NCBI GenBank assembly: GCA_963778955.1
Contig: CAVZWI010000001.1
Location: 562,383-626,382 of the forward strand
Reading direction: 5' to 3'
Source: an uncultured Chloroflexia bacterium
GTDB taxonomy: Bacteria > Chloroflexota > Limnocylindria > Limnocylindrales > CSP1-4
Length of the DNA stretch: 64,000 bases
The notes under the pieces were generated by a model. It made no database searches and was not told the origin of the DNA. It saw only the letters and a list, made by a program, of their open reading frames with translations. Every line of letters starts with the position of its first letter. Position 1 is the stretch's first letter. The position numbers and the translations under genes were made by a program. Below, in pieces: positions 35,547 to 45,853 of this stretch.

Positions 35547-36991
35547 CGACGTCTCCCTCGCCGGCGGCTGCGTCGCCTGGCCGGTCTGATGGTGCCTGCG
35601 GCGCTCTCCTTGGTGGAGCGCTTGGTGGTCTGGGTGGTGCCGTCCGCATTCACGGCGGCAGGCTTGGGTGCCGGCATGCTGACCGGGAAGCGTGGCTGGT
35701 GATCCCGCGCGAAACCCGGGGTCCAGCCGAACAACGGGAAGAGTCCGCCATAGCCGTTGATCAGGAACTGCTGGACGATGCTGAAGATGGTCGTCGTGAT
35801 CCAATAGATGAAGAGGCCTGCCGGCAAGATGGCGCCGTAGATCAGCGAGAAGGCCGGCAGCAGAAGGAACATCTTCTGCTGCGTCGCCTGCGAGGGGTCG
35901 TTGCTCCGCGTCATCATCATGCGCGTCTGCACCAGCTGCAGCAGGGCCGACACGGCAGCCAGCAATGAGAGACCGAAGCCAGCGATGAGGATGACGAAGA
36001 TCTCAGGCTGGTTGGATGGCAGGCCGCCGGGGTAGCCGGGCATCTGAAAGCCGCCGTCGATGGTGGGGATCCAGGCCAGCCAGGGGATGTTGGGGTTGAT
36101 ACAGGGCGAGTACGGGTCGCCCGGGTGCTGGCACGCCACGTTCACCAGCTGGATGCCGAAGGGGTGCAACATAGAACTGATGTCTGGCGCCTTCAGGCCC
36201 TGACTGAAGACTTGGTACATCGGCAGCAGGAGCACCATCTGCAGCACGGCCGGCAGGCAGCCTGAGGCGGGGTTGACGCCGCGATCCTTGTAGAGCTGCA
36301 TCTGCTGCTCGGAGATCTTGGCGCGGTCGCCCTTGTACTTGGTCTGGATGGCCTTCAGCTCCGGCTGCAGCATCTGCATCCGCCGCTGGGACACGATCTG
36401 CATGCGGAAGATGGGGATCATCAGCGTCCGGATGATGATCGTGAGCAGGATGATGGCGATGCCGATGTCGCCGGTGATGCTGTACAGGAAGGCCAGACCG
36501 ATGAAGATGACCTGGAATACCGGGGTGAACGCCCACGCCAGCAGGCTCAGCGGGTTGGCGCCGTCCGGCTGCGCCGGACACAGGTTGGGATTGGGCGCAC
36601 CGGTAGCATCTGGGTGGGGCGTCGAGTTCGGGTCGGGCGTGGGCCGGGGTGCGCATGGGTCCTCGGTCGTCGAGGCACCGGGCATGAGCGATGGTGCCGG
36701 CGTGGCCTCGGGGGCCGCCGAGCCGGCGGCTGCGGGCGTGGCCACAGGTGCCGAGGAGCCACCGGGGCTGGGCGAGCCATCAGGCCCAAGGGAGCTATCG
36801 ACCCCGGGCGTGGCCAGGGGCGACGGGCTGGCCTCCGCCCCCAGCGTGGACTGGGCAGAGGGACTCTTGTCCTGCGAGAAAGCCGGCCCGGCAACCATGC
36901 TCAAGGCGATCATCGCGATGGCGATCGCCGCCAGCAGGTCCAGGGGCGCCAGTCGGAAAGGGGCCGCCAGAGCGAATCGGATACGCATCAC
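35543..36991 (-). CDS. yidC: membrane protein insertase YidC/Oxa1 family
   Basis: 482 aa. Signal/anchor, then a Pro/Ser/Ala-rich ~140-aa region, then the conserved core (IAIILLTIIIRTLMIPI...QPELKAIQTKYKGD...NPASGCLP...GLFIYWITTTIFSIVQQ) and a basic tail. Confidence 0.9.
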   Translation of the reverse strand: MMRIRFALAAPFRLAPLDLLAAIAIAMIALSMVAGPAFSQDKSPSAQSTLGAEASPSPLATPGVDSSLGPDGSPSPGGSSAPVATPAAAGSAAPEATPAPSLMPGASTTEDPCAPRPTPDPNSTPHPDATGAPNPNLCPAQPDGANPLSLLAWAFTPVFQVIFIGLAFLYSITGDIGIAIILLTIIIRTLMIPIFRMQIVSQRRMQMLQPELKAIQTKYKGDRAKISEQQMQLYKDRGVNPASGCLPAVLQMVLLLPMYQVFSQGLKAPDISSMLHPFGIQLVNVACQHPGDPYSPCINPNIPWLAWIPTIDGGFQMPGYPGGLPSNQPEIFVILIAGFGLSLLAAVSALLQLVQTRMMMTRSNDPSQATQQKMFLLLPAFSLIYGAILPAGLFIYWITTTIFSIVQQFLINGYGGLFPLFGWTPGFARDHQPRFPVSMPAPKPAAVNADGTTQTTKRSTKESAAGTIRPARRRSRRRGRRR

Positions 36992-37215
36992 TTCACCGGG
37001 TCATAGCCGCCGGGACGCCATGGACCGCAGCTGGCGATGCGCTTGGCACCCATCCAGCTGCCCTTCGCGAGCCCGTACTTCTGGATGGCCTGCTCCGTGT
37101 ACTCCGAGCAGGATGGTTCATACCGGCACGAGCCGGCGAAGAACGGAGAAAGCGTCTTGCGATAGGCGTGGATCAGGCCGACCCCGAAGCGTCGCGGGAG
37201 GCCACGAGTCGACAT
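36988..37215 (-). CDS. yidD: membrane protein insertion efficiency factor YidD
   Basis: 75 aa; YRKTLSPFFAGSCRYEPSCSEYTEQAIQKYG. Confidence 0.9.
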   Translation of the reverse strand: MSTRGLPRRFGVGLIHAYRKTLSPFFAGSCRYEPSCSEYTEQAIQKYGLAKGSWMGAKRIASCGPWRPGGYDPVK

Positions 37216-37553
37216 CAGGACGACCTCTTCATCGAGGCGCGGATGCTCCCCAGCAGGCGCTCAAGGGCGCTGCGCACCTCGGCGAAGGACGCGTCCACGG
37301 CCGCTGGCCGAGCAACGATGAGGATGTCCCAGCCGTAGCCGCTGTCGTTGGGTGCCGCGCGCAGGACCTCGCGGACCAGCCGACGCACGCGGTTACGACG
37401 GACGGCGCCTCCAAGACGTCGGCCGGTCGAGATGCCATAACGGTCGTGATCGCGGTCATTGGGTACGAAGCGGACGACCATGAGTCGGTCCGATCGCGAC
37501 CTTCCTTTGCTGCTGACGCGAGCGAAGTCGCCCCGTGATCGGAGAGTCGGCAC
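37215..37553 (-). CDS. rnpA: ribonuclease P protein component
   Basis: ORF 37215..37637. Start GTG 37553 (VPTLRSRGDFARV...) avoids overlapping rpmH. The RNR motif is GGAVRRNRVRRLVRE. Confidence 0.85.
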   Translation of the reverse strand: MPTLRSRGDFARVSSKGRSRSDRLMVVRFVPNDRDHDRYGISTGRRLGGAVRRNRVRRLVREVLRAAPNDSGYGWDILIVARPAAVDASFAEVRSALERLLGSIRASMKRSS

Positions 37554-37578
37554 GGTCCCGGGTCGGGTCCGCCGGACG

Positions 37579-37716
37579 TCAGACGGTGAGCTTCTTGCGG
37601 CCACGTGCGCGCCGGGCGGCGAGGACGTTGCGGCCACCCTGGCTCTTCATGCGCTTGCGGAAGCCGTGCTCCCTGGCGCGATGGCGCTTCTTGGGCTGAT
37701 AGGTCTGCTTGGTCAC
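37579..37716 (-). CDS. rpmH: 50S ribosomal protein L34
   Basis: GTG 37716: [45 protein letters not shown] (45 aa). Confidence 0.95.
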   Translation of the reverse strand: MTKQTYQPKKRHRAREHGFRKRMKSQGGRNVLAARRARGRKKLTV

Positions 37717-37897
37717 GGGGAACTGGGCTCCTTCGAGCAGGCGGTCGGGTTCGACTTGCAGAGACCGGCCTGCCGGTGCGGATGTGGACGGTGCGGACGA
37801 CGGGCACGGTAGACCACTTGTGGTCGTCCCGGGCACACGCCCACCTCGGATGCAGCGGATTATACGCGACAGTCGCCGCAGACCGGAGGAAGCCTGG

Positions 37898-38278
37898 ATG
37901 TCCAGCCATCAGCCCCCCAGCGAGGTGCCCTTCCTGGAGCCAGGCAGTGCCAGCATCGAGGACTTCGAGCGCCTTGACCTGCGCATCGGCCGCATCCTGG
38001 AGGCGACTCCGCTCGACGGCGCACGCCAGCCCGCGTACAGGCTTCGGATCGACTTCGGTGCTGCGGGCGAGCGGCGATCATCTGCCCAGCTCACGCAGAC
38101 GTACCCCGATCCAGCCGTCCTGGTCGGTCGGTTGGTCGTGGCGGTGGTGAACTTCGCACCGCGCCGCGTGGCCGGCTACCGAAGCGAGGTGCTGGTCCTG
38201 GGGGCCCTTGCGCCGGCTGGTCTGGTCCCGCTGCTGGGCGTCGATGAGGGTGCCGAGCCTGGCCAGCGGGTGGCCTAG
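37898..38278 (+). CDS. CsaA-like tRNA-binding (EMAP/OB-fold) domain protein
   Basis: ORF 37709..38278. ATG 37898 is preceded by GGAGGAAG. The sequence reads [14 protein letters not shown]...YRLRIDFG...SSAQLT...[26 protein letters not shown]. Confidence 0.75.
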   Translation: MSSHQPPSEVPFLEPGSASIEDFERLDLRIGRILEATPLDGARQPAYRLRIDFGAAGERRSSAQLTQTYPDPAVLVGRLVVAVVNFAPRRVAGYRSEVLVLGALAPAGLVPLLGVDEGAEPGQRVA

Positions 38279-38672
38279 TCCGGTGCCGAGCGGCCGGGTT
38301 CGGTGAGGATGCCGGTCGACGATTCGTGGTGCGTCCTGCCACCACGCGTGGGACCCCACGCGCGCCCCGAACGGACGGCAGCCAGGTCGTCGGAGCGCTC
38401 TCCGCGGTCTCGGGCAAGGCCGGAGGTGATACTCCCTGGGGGTATACCCGATGGACGTTGCGCGGTCGGGAAACGCGGTGCTAACGTATGCCGCCCCGGC
38501 GCCCGTCGAAGGGCTCGGAGATGTAGTCTGGAGCCACCGCCACGACGTCCCGAGAGGGTTCGGACCGGTTCCTCCAAGGGTTGTCGTTCGCGCCTCAGCG
38601 TCGAGTGTCTCGGAGAGGGCACAGGGACCGCCGAGCGTAAGTCGTGTCGTAGTACGGGTCACGTTGCCATCG

Positions 38673-40061
<1,389 letters not shown>

Positions 40062-40159
40062 GTCCGGTCAGTCCGACGGTCCCTCTTCGTCGCTACGGCG
40101 TGTCTGCTTCCTCACGGCTTCCCGGTGGGCTTCCTCGCATTGCCGGCCAGCATCGTCGG

Positions 40160-40440
40160 AGTGTGGGGCGAGCGTGGAGAACCCCGACCGGCACGCCCGA
40201 CACGGGTCACCCGCTGGTGGACAGGACCGTGGTCGACTGGGGGCCGGCTGTGGGTCTGGTCATGCGACATCCACACCGGGCGGGCATCGATGCACGCATC
40301 GTTCACCGGCTATCCTCCGCCCCGGCGACCCGGTGATAAGCGCGGCTGCAGCGTGACGAGGCGCGTCCGTCATCACAATCCACAGTATGAAGATGATGAT
40401 GAGATGAGAAGATTAGAAAGAACCATGTACATCTCATAAG
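40160..40440. other. oriC: candidate oriC core: degenerate DnaA-box-like 9-mers followed by a 60-bp ~35% GC unwinding element
   Basis: In the dnaA-dnaN intergenic region. GGTGGACAG is at 40216-24, ACATCCACA at 40267-75 and CAATCCACA at 40376-84. Positions 40381-40440 (cacagtatgaagatgatgatgagatgagaagattagaaagaaccatgtacatctcataag) have 21 G+C out of 60 by my count. Confidence 0.45.
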
Positions 40441-40455
40441 GGAGCTCGATCGCTC

Positions 40456-41577
40456 GTGAAGCTGTCCTTGATGCAAGAGAACCTGGCCCGGGGTCTGTCC
40501 CAGGTGGCCCGAGCCGTCAGCAGTCGGGCGACGCTGCCAGTCCTTGCCAACGTGCTGCTGAAGACACAGGATGGCGGGCTTCGCCTCACTGCCACCAATC
40601 TGGAGATCGGCATCTCGGTATGGGTACCGGGGAAGATCGACAGCGATGGCACGATGACCGTGCCGGCTCGCCTCCTCACTGATGTCGTGGCAGGACTGCC
40701 GGCTGGTGAGCGGGTGGACCTGGAGATGGAGAAGGAGAACACGCTCCTGATCCGTGCCGGCAACTACAAGTCACGCCTGCGTGGCATCGATGCCGAGGAG
40801 TTCCCGGTCATCCCTGCCGCCGGCGACCGTCCCACCACCCAGGTGAGCCAGAGGGCCATGCGGCGTGCTCTGGCTGAGGTCACCTTCGCCGCGGCTGCCG
40901 ACGAGACGCGTCCCATCCTCACCGGCGTGTTGACGAAGCTCTCGGGTGAGGTCCTGACACTGGCCGCGGCTGACAACTACCGCATCGCGGTCAAGACGCT
41001 CGATCTGATGCAGTCGGTGGAAGAGACCAGCGTGGTGGTCCCGGCACGTTCGTACGTCGAGCTCATGCGGGTGCTCGGTGACAGCGACGAACCGGTCGAT
41101 ATCATCCTCGCCCAGGCCAAGAGCCAGGTCATCTTCAAGGTCGACACGACCGAGATCGTCAGCCGGCTGATCGACGGCCAGTTCCCCAACTACCAGTCGG
41201 TCCTGCCGACCTCCCACAGCACGCGTGCGCTGGTCGATCGCGATGAGCTGTTGAAGGCTGTTCGGCTGACCGCACTCATCGCTTCCTCATCAGCCAATGT
41301 CGTGCGGCTCGGCTTCGGCGAGGAGGATGCACCCGAGTCGATCGCCGTCAACGCCAAGGCGGACATCGGTGATGCTGAGGGGCGTGTCGATGCGCAGCTG
41401 GAAGGGGACCCGGTCACCATCGCGTTCAACGCGCGCTACATGGTCGAAGCGCTGCAGAACATGGACGGCGAGCAGCTCGCGGTGGAGCTGAGTGGCCCAC
41501 TCGCTCCCGGTGTGCTGAAGCCCGTGGACGACCCGGCATACGTGCATGTGATCATGCCGGTGCGCACGCCGTCCTGA
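40456..41577 (+). CDS. dnaN: DNA polymerase III beta sliding clamp
   Basis: 373 aa, GTG start. MKLSLMQENLARGLSQVARAVSSRATLPVLANVLL... with three-domain clamp length. Confidence 0.95.
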   Translation: MKLSLMQENLARGLSQVARAVSSRATLPVLANVLLKTQDGGLRLTATNLEIGISVWVPGKIDSDGTMTVPARLLTDVVAGLPAGERVDLEMEKENTLLIRAGNYKSRLRGIDAEEFPVIPAAGDRPTTQVSQRAMRRALAEVTFAAAADETRPILTGVLTKLSGEVLTLAAADNYRIAVKTLDLMQSVEETSVVVPARSYVELMRVLGDSDEPVDIILAQAKSQVIFKVDTTEIVSRLIDGQFPNYQSVLPTSHSTRALVDRDELLKAVRLTALIASSSANVVRLGFGEEDAPESIAVNAKADIGDAEGRVDAQLEGDPVTIAFNARYMVEALQNMDGEQLAVELSGPLAPGVLKPVDDPAYVHVIMPVRTPS

Positions 41578-41599
41578 CCGGCCCGGCGGTGACCGTCTG

Positions 41600-42736
41600 A
41601 TGTCGGTCAGGACGCTGACCCTCGACGGCTTTCGCAGCTACCGACATCTTGAGCTCGAGTTCGGTGATGGCCCCCATGTGGTCGTGGGGCGGAATGCGGC
41701 CGGCAAGACCAACCTGGTCGAGTCGCTGGTGATGCTCTCGTCGGGTCGCTCACACCGCAGCGCCGCCGACCCCGAGATGGTCCGGTGGGGTGCGGACTTC
41801 GCCCGTGCCACCGTGACGGTCGAGGTCGGCACACGCAGCGACGAGCTCGAGGTCGTGATCCATGCCAAGGGTGCGGCTGCGGGTACCCGCAAACGGATCC
41901 GCGTGAACGGCGTCAACCGTCGACCCACGGCGCTGCGGGCCATGCTGCGGACGGTGCTCTTCGCACCCGAGGACATGCTGCTCATCATCGGCCCGCCGTC
42001 GCTGCGGAGAAACCTGCTCAATTCGCTGGTCGCCCAGCGTGAGCCGACGGCGTTGGCGGTGATGTCCACCTACCAGCGCACCCTCACCCAGCGCAACTCG
42101 CTGTTGCGGCGCATCCGCGAGGAACAGGCCGACCGCACCGAGCTGTCCTACTGGGATTCGGTCATCGTCGAGAACGGGGGCCAGATCCTCGATTGGCGCC
42201 ACGAGGCACTGGCGGCACTTGCTGCGCCCCTGACCGGGGCCCATCGTGAGATCGCGCCTGAAGAGCCGGGACTTGCCTTGCGCTACGTCTCGAACGTCGA
42301 GACCGCGGCTGGTGAAGGCGCCCAGGATGCCCTGCGCCGCCGACTGCGCGAGACGGCCGACAAGGAAGTGTGGAACGGGGCCACGCTGGTGGGGCCGCAC
42401 CGTGACGACATCGTCTTCATCGCTGACGGCCGCGAGTTGACCGAGTTCGCTTCGCGGGGCCAGCAGCGCACCGCCATCCTCGCCCTGAAGCTGGCCGAGC
42501 TGGACCTGCTGGCTGCGCTCGACGGTCACCCCCCGCTGCTATTGCTCGATGACGTCTTCAGCGAGTTGGACCCGGAGCGCCGATCCCACCTCGTGCGCCG
42601 CATCGGCAGCCTGCCGCAGGCCATCGTCACCACCACCACGCCGGCCGACCTTGACCCGGCCCTGGTGGCCGCTTCGACGCTTTGGCAGGTCGAGCACGGC
42701 AGCGTCAGCCTGGTCGGAGGGCCAGGAAGCCGATGA
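41600..42736 (+). CDS. recF: DNA replication and repair protein RecF
   Basis: 378 aa. Walker A GRNAAGKTNLVES, signature SRGQQRT, Walker B LLLLDDVFSELD. Confidence 0.95.
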   Translation: MSVRTLTLDGFRSYRHLELEFGDGPHVVVGRNAAGKTNLVESLVMLSSGRSHRSAADPEMVRWGADFARATVTVEVGTRSDELEVVIHAKGAAAGTRKRIRVNGVNRRPTALRAMLRTVLFAPEDMLLIIGPPSLRRNLLNSLVAQREPTALAVMSTYQRTLTQRNSLLRRIREEQADRTELSYWDSVIVENGGQILDWRHEALAALAAPLTGAHREIAPEEPGLALRYVSNVETAAGEGAQDALRRRLRETADKEVWNGATLVGPHRDDIVFIADGRELTEFASRGQQRTAILALKLAELDLLAALDGHPPLLLLDDVFSELDPERRSHLVRRIGSLPQAIVTTTTPADLDPALVAASTLWQVEHGSVSLVGGPGSR

Positions 42737-43077
42737 CCTCGCGCCGACGACCCCTCCACAGATTGGCCGATCTCCTGCCCGGCATCGCCTCCCAGCTTGG
42801 CCTCGACGAGGAGTTGCGGGCGGCTCGAGCGCTGTCCTCCTGGACCCGTATCGTCGAAGAGTTGGTGCCGCCCGCGGCCGGTGCGTCGCAGTTGCTGGAG
42901 GTGCGGCCACCGACCCTGCTGGTCTCGGCCGATGACGCCGCGACCGGCCAGGAATTGCGCCTCCGTTCGGCGGACCTGCTGGAAGCGTTCGCGTCGGCCC
43001 CAGGTGGGCAACGGATGCTGGAGTTGCGGGTGATCGTACGAAGGCCGCCCGGCGGGGATTCGGGACGGCCACGCTAG
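42733..43077 (+). CDS. DUF721-domain protein (DciA-like, in the position of the recF-downstream gene)
   Basis: ORF 42682..43077. ATG 42733 forms an ATGA overlap with the recF stop. It is a small basic protein (...LRAARALSSWTRIV...LLVSADDAATGQELRLR...) in the conserved recF-DUF721 position. Confidence 0.65.
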   Translation: MTSRRRPLHRLADLLPGIASQLGLDEELRAARALSSWTRIVEELVPPAAGASQLLEVRPPTLLVSADDAATGQELRLRSADLLEAFASAPGGQRMLELRVIVRRPPGGDSGRPR

Positions 43078-43083
43078 ACTAGG

Positions 43084-45210
43084 GTGCTCATGGCTACCCG
43101 ACTCGAGATCACGCATGGATCGATCGGCGAGCGGGACCGGCTTCCGTCTTCAGCCGACACACTGAGCGTGACCCGTCCGACGACCGGATCGAAGACCCGC
43201 TCCAAGGGCGTGCTCTTCATCCTCGTCGGCTCGACCATCCCGGGACCGTATGCCCGGGAGGCCACCAGACTCGTGGCCGACACCATCCGGCACGAGTACT
43301 ACTACGACGAGTCGGCCGGCGTGCCGGTCTGCCTGGAGAAGGCTGTCAAGAGCGCCGACCGACGCCTGCGCGGCGGTCGCGAAGGAGCCGGTCTCTCTCC
43401 CGGATCGCTCGGCGTCGCCGCGGCCGTCATCCGCAACGACGAGCTCTATCTCGCCACGCTCGGTTCGGCCGAGGCATACCTGGTACGGGCGGCTCGTCTG
43501 CTCATACCGGACCGCAGCGCGCCCTCGGGACTGCCCAGCGACGAGATCGGCTCGGTCGCTGTCTGGCGCGGGGAGCTCAGCCCCGGCGACGGCCTCTTGC
43601 TGGTGTCGCGCAACATGACCGAGACGGTCGGCACCGAGGAGCTCAAGAGCGCCATCCTGACCCTGCATCCACAGGCCGCCGTCGACCACCTGCACCACCT
43701 CTTCGTGGCTGCCGGGGGCTCCGGCTCCGATGGCCTCATCGCGGTCGAGACCCGGGAGCTGTCATCCCGGGTCCAGGGCGGCATCGCACCCGTCGCTGGA
43801 GACGCCTACGGTGACCAGCCCGTCGCTGCGTCCGCCTCGATGGCTGGCACCGCGGCCGTCTCCCGGATCGGGATCGGTGACGTCATCGAGTCCGTTCGCG
43901 ACCGTTTCTGGGACGCCATGCCCAGGCGCGATGCACGGGCCCACGAGGTCACCGCCACGACCTCCCGTGCCGAGAACCAGCGTCGCGCCGCGATGGGACT
44001 GCTGGCGCTGCTCGCGGTGGTCTTCGTGGTGGGCCTGGTGCTGGTGCTGGTGCCGCGCGGCAGCGACGTCAACGAGGTACCCATCTACGCCGGCGCCGAC
44101 AACGCGCTGGGGTCAGCGCTCGACTACGTCAACCGCGCGGACAACTTGCTGGCGACGGAGCCGGACACCGCGCTCGAGTACTACCGCGATGCCTGGACCG
44201 AGGTCAACCAGGCACGCAGCACCGGCCTGGCCGCCCCTGCGCTCGACGAGCTCGAGACGCGCGTCCGCGCTGGCCTTGACACCTTGTACGCGGCCCACAA
44301 CCCGACCATCGAACGGATCGCCAGTCTGCCGGCTGGCTCCGACCCCGACTACCTCGTCGCGGGGCCGCTGGGTGGTGCCATCTACATCGACCGCTCCACC
44401 GGGACGGTCTTTCGCGCCAATACCAAGAACGGCAAGGTCGCTGACATCGTGCACCAGGGCGACAAGCAGGGAAGGACCAACCGAGCCATCGGTGAGCCGG
44501 TCCAGCTGGCGGCCGCCGGCCCGGACGTGGTCATCGTCGATGACAAGGCCCGGCCCTGGCGCTGGCGGCCATCGAACTCGGCGGGCGCGGGCACGCTGGT
44601 CCAGTTGTCGTTGCAGGGCCGCCCCGGCTTCGAAGCCGACCACGGGGACGTGGAGGCCTATGAGCCCGCCGTTGGCCAGTACCGCATGTACGTGGCCGAA
44701 CCTTCACTGAACCAGATCATGCGTTACCAGCAGACCTTCGACGGGAGCTCGTTCCAGGAGCCCACGCCGTACCTCGCCTCGCAGGCGTCGGAGGTGGCCG
44801 ATTTCGAGCAGCTCTACATCGACTTCGACGTCTACGCCCTCTTCCAGAACAAGTTGCGGCGGTACCGGTACGAGCGCTACGACGGCACGTTCGCCATCGC
44901 CACGCTACCCGACGATGCCGACCTGCGCCCAGGCCACGACTATCACCTCGTCGATGGATCGGGCCGCGCCAACACCAACGGTCGCGTGTACCTCTACGAC
45001 GCGCTCCACGGTCGGATCGTGGGCTTCGACAAGGTCGACGGCAGCTACATCGGCCAGTGGCTGCCGGCCGGCGATGGCGGTGAGATGGATGACGTGCGCG
45101 GCATGTATGTCATCGAGGGTGGCACGACGAAGAAGGGCAAGCGCAAGGACGACACGCTCGTGTGGGTCACCCACGAGGCCATCTACCGGACCAAGCTCGC
45201 GGTCGGCTGA
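43084..45210 (+). CDS. membrane protein: cytoplasmic degenerate PP2C-like domain, one TM helix, ~380-aa extracytoplasmic domain
   Basis: 708 aa. PP2C-like blocks are present, but the metal-binding Asp positions are replaced (LATLGSAEAYLV where GDSRAYL is expected; GDGLLLVSRNM where GD..LLCSDGL is expected). The TM helix is AAMGLLALLAVVFVVGLVLVLV. The C-terminal domain has no recognised family. Confidence 0.5.
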   Translation: MLMATRLEITHGSIGERDRLPSSADTLSVTRPTTGSKTRSKGVLFILVGSTIPGPYAREATRLVADTIRHEYYYDESAGVPVCLEKAVKSADRRLRGGREGAGLSPGSLGVAAAVIRNDELYLATLGSAEAYLVRAARLLIPDRSAPSGLPSDEIGSVAVWRGELSPGDGLLLVSRNMTETVGTEELKSAILTLHPQAAVDHLHHLFVAAGGSGSDGLIAVETRELSSRVQGGIAPVAGDAYGDQPVAASASMAGTAAVSRIGIGDVIESVRDRFWDAMPRRDARAHEVTATTSRAENQRRAAMGLLALLAVVFVVGLVLVLVPRGSDVNEVPIYAGADNALGSALDYVNRADNLLATEPDTALEYYRDAWTEVNQARSTGLAAPALDELETRVRAGLDTLYAAHNPTIERIASLPAGSDPDYLVAGPLGGAIYIDRSTGTVFRANTKNGKVADIVHQGDKQGRTNRAIGEPVQLAAAGPDVVIVDDKARPWRWRPSNSAGAGTLVQLSLQGRPGFEADHGDVEAYEPAVGQYRMYVAEPSLNQIMRYQQTFDGSSFQEPTPYLASQASEVADFEQLYIDFDVYALFQNKLRRYRYERYDGTFAIATLPDDADLRPGHDYHLVDGSGRANTNGRVYLYDALHGRIVGFDKVDGSYIGQWLPAGDGGEMDDVRGMYVIEGGTTKKGKRKDDTLVWVTHEAIYRTKLAVG

Positions 45211-45250
45211 TCCCGTCCGCGACTCTTCGGCACACCGCTAGAATCGGCCC

Positions 45251-45853
45251 ATGTCGGCTGCCGCGCGGGAGATGGTCGTGGAGAGCGTGCGGGTGCACAT
45301 GCTCTCGTCGCAACACGTGGTCATCCTGCGCGAAGCCCACGATGAACGCTACCTGCCCATCTGGATCGGCAGCTGGGAGGCGCAGTCGATCGCCATGAAG
45401 CTGCAGGGCGTGGAGGCGGAGCGCCCGCTCACCCACGACCTGCTGACGACCATCCTCTCGGACCTGGGCGTCAGCGTCCGCCGCGTCCTGATCTCCGACC
45501 TGGCCGACGAGACCTACCGGGCCCGTATCGTGCTGGTACAGGGTGGCAGCGACTTCGAGATCGACGCGCGTCCCAGTGACGCCATCGCGCTGGCGGTGCG
45601 GGTCGCCGCACCCATCTTCGCGACCGAGGCGGTGCTCGATCGCGCCGGCGTCATCCCAGAGGCGGACGAGGACGAGCGACTCAGCGTCTTTCGGGAGTTC
45701 GTCAACTCGTTGGAGCCGGGATCAGGTGAGGGGAGCGGGCCCGGCGGGACGCACCCAGGAGGACCATCGGGCGGTCCCGGCTCCCGTGGTGAGCCAGACC
45801 CGGACGAGCGCCCGCTCGACGACCGACTGGGCGACGAGGACGAGGACTGCTAG
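45251..45853 (+). CDS. bifunctional nuclease (BFN/DUF151) domain protein with an acidic Gly/Pro-rich tail
   Basis: 200 aa; HVVILREAHDERYLPIWIGSWEAQSIAMKL...RPLTHDLL...YRARIVL...IDARPSDAIALAVRV. Confidence 0.8.
   Translation: MSAAAREMVVESVRVHMLSSQHVVILREAHDERYLPIWIGSWEAQSIAMKLQGVEAERPLTHDLLTTILSDLGVSVRRVLISDLADETYRARIVLVQGGSDFEIDARPSDAIALAVRVAAPIFATEAVLDRAGVIPEADEDERLSVFREFVNSLEPGSGEGSGPGGTHPGGPSGGPGSRGEPDPDERPLDDRLGDEDEDC

Noticed and set aside
40387-40407. 6-codon ORF ATG AAG ATG ATG ATG AGA TGA inside the AT-rich block
   Set aside because: There is no SD, it is extremely short, and the block is better explained as an unwinding element or the dnaN promoter region.
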